From Mobula hypostoma (Eukaryota): 64,000 nucleotides of DNA. The notes beneath the pieces are model-generated. The model saw only the letters and a list, made by a program, of their open reading frames with translations, had not been told where the DNA came from and searched no databases. The position numbers and the translations under genes were made by a program. Within the stretch, counting starts at the first letter, position 1. Every line of letters starts with the position of its first letter. Below, one piece after another: positions 63,972-64,000 of the stretch. Where the stretch lies: contig NC_086097.1 of assembly GCF_963921235.1 (NCBI RefSeq), positions 188,854,001-188,918,000 on the forward strand, given 5' to 3'.

Positions 63972-64000
63972 TGAAGAAAAATCCCAACAACATTACATTA

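Overview
Vertebrate genomic DNA, probably from a cartilaginous fish (ray or shark; inferred from HE1/V-SINE-type SINEs and the CR1, Rex-Babar and Penelope repeat landscape). One protein-coding gene spans almost the whole window on the minus strand: a PSKH-family Ser/Thr kinase, most likely the PSKH2 orthologue. Its coding exons are 62416-62190, 49613-48947 and 144-<1, the last running off the left edge, and its introns are 12.6 kb and 48.8 kb. The rest is largely transposon-derived: CR1, Rex1/Babar, Tx1 and RTE-like LINEs, Penelope-like elements (PLEs), solo LTRs, hAT, Tc1 and Tigger/pogo DNA transposons and tRNA-derived SINEs, often nested with readable target-site duplications (TSDs). Most notable: (i) PLE termini carry minimal type I hammerhead ribozyme motifs, including a 218-bp non-coding fold-back mini-element with a 16-bp TSD; (ii) the kinase keeps an intact HRD and a PSKH1-like N-terminus, although human PSKH2 is an HRN pseudokinase; (iii) a uORF stop overlaps the main ATG (TGATG); (iv) inverted young LINE pairs flank exon 2; (v) one hAT element closely resembles primate Charlie3/MER1. 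Family assignments come from motif recognition and memory, not database searches. Boundaries of old elements without a TSD are approximate.
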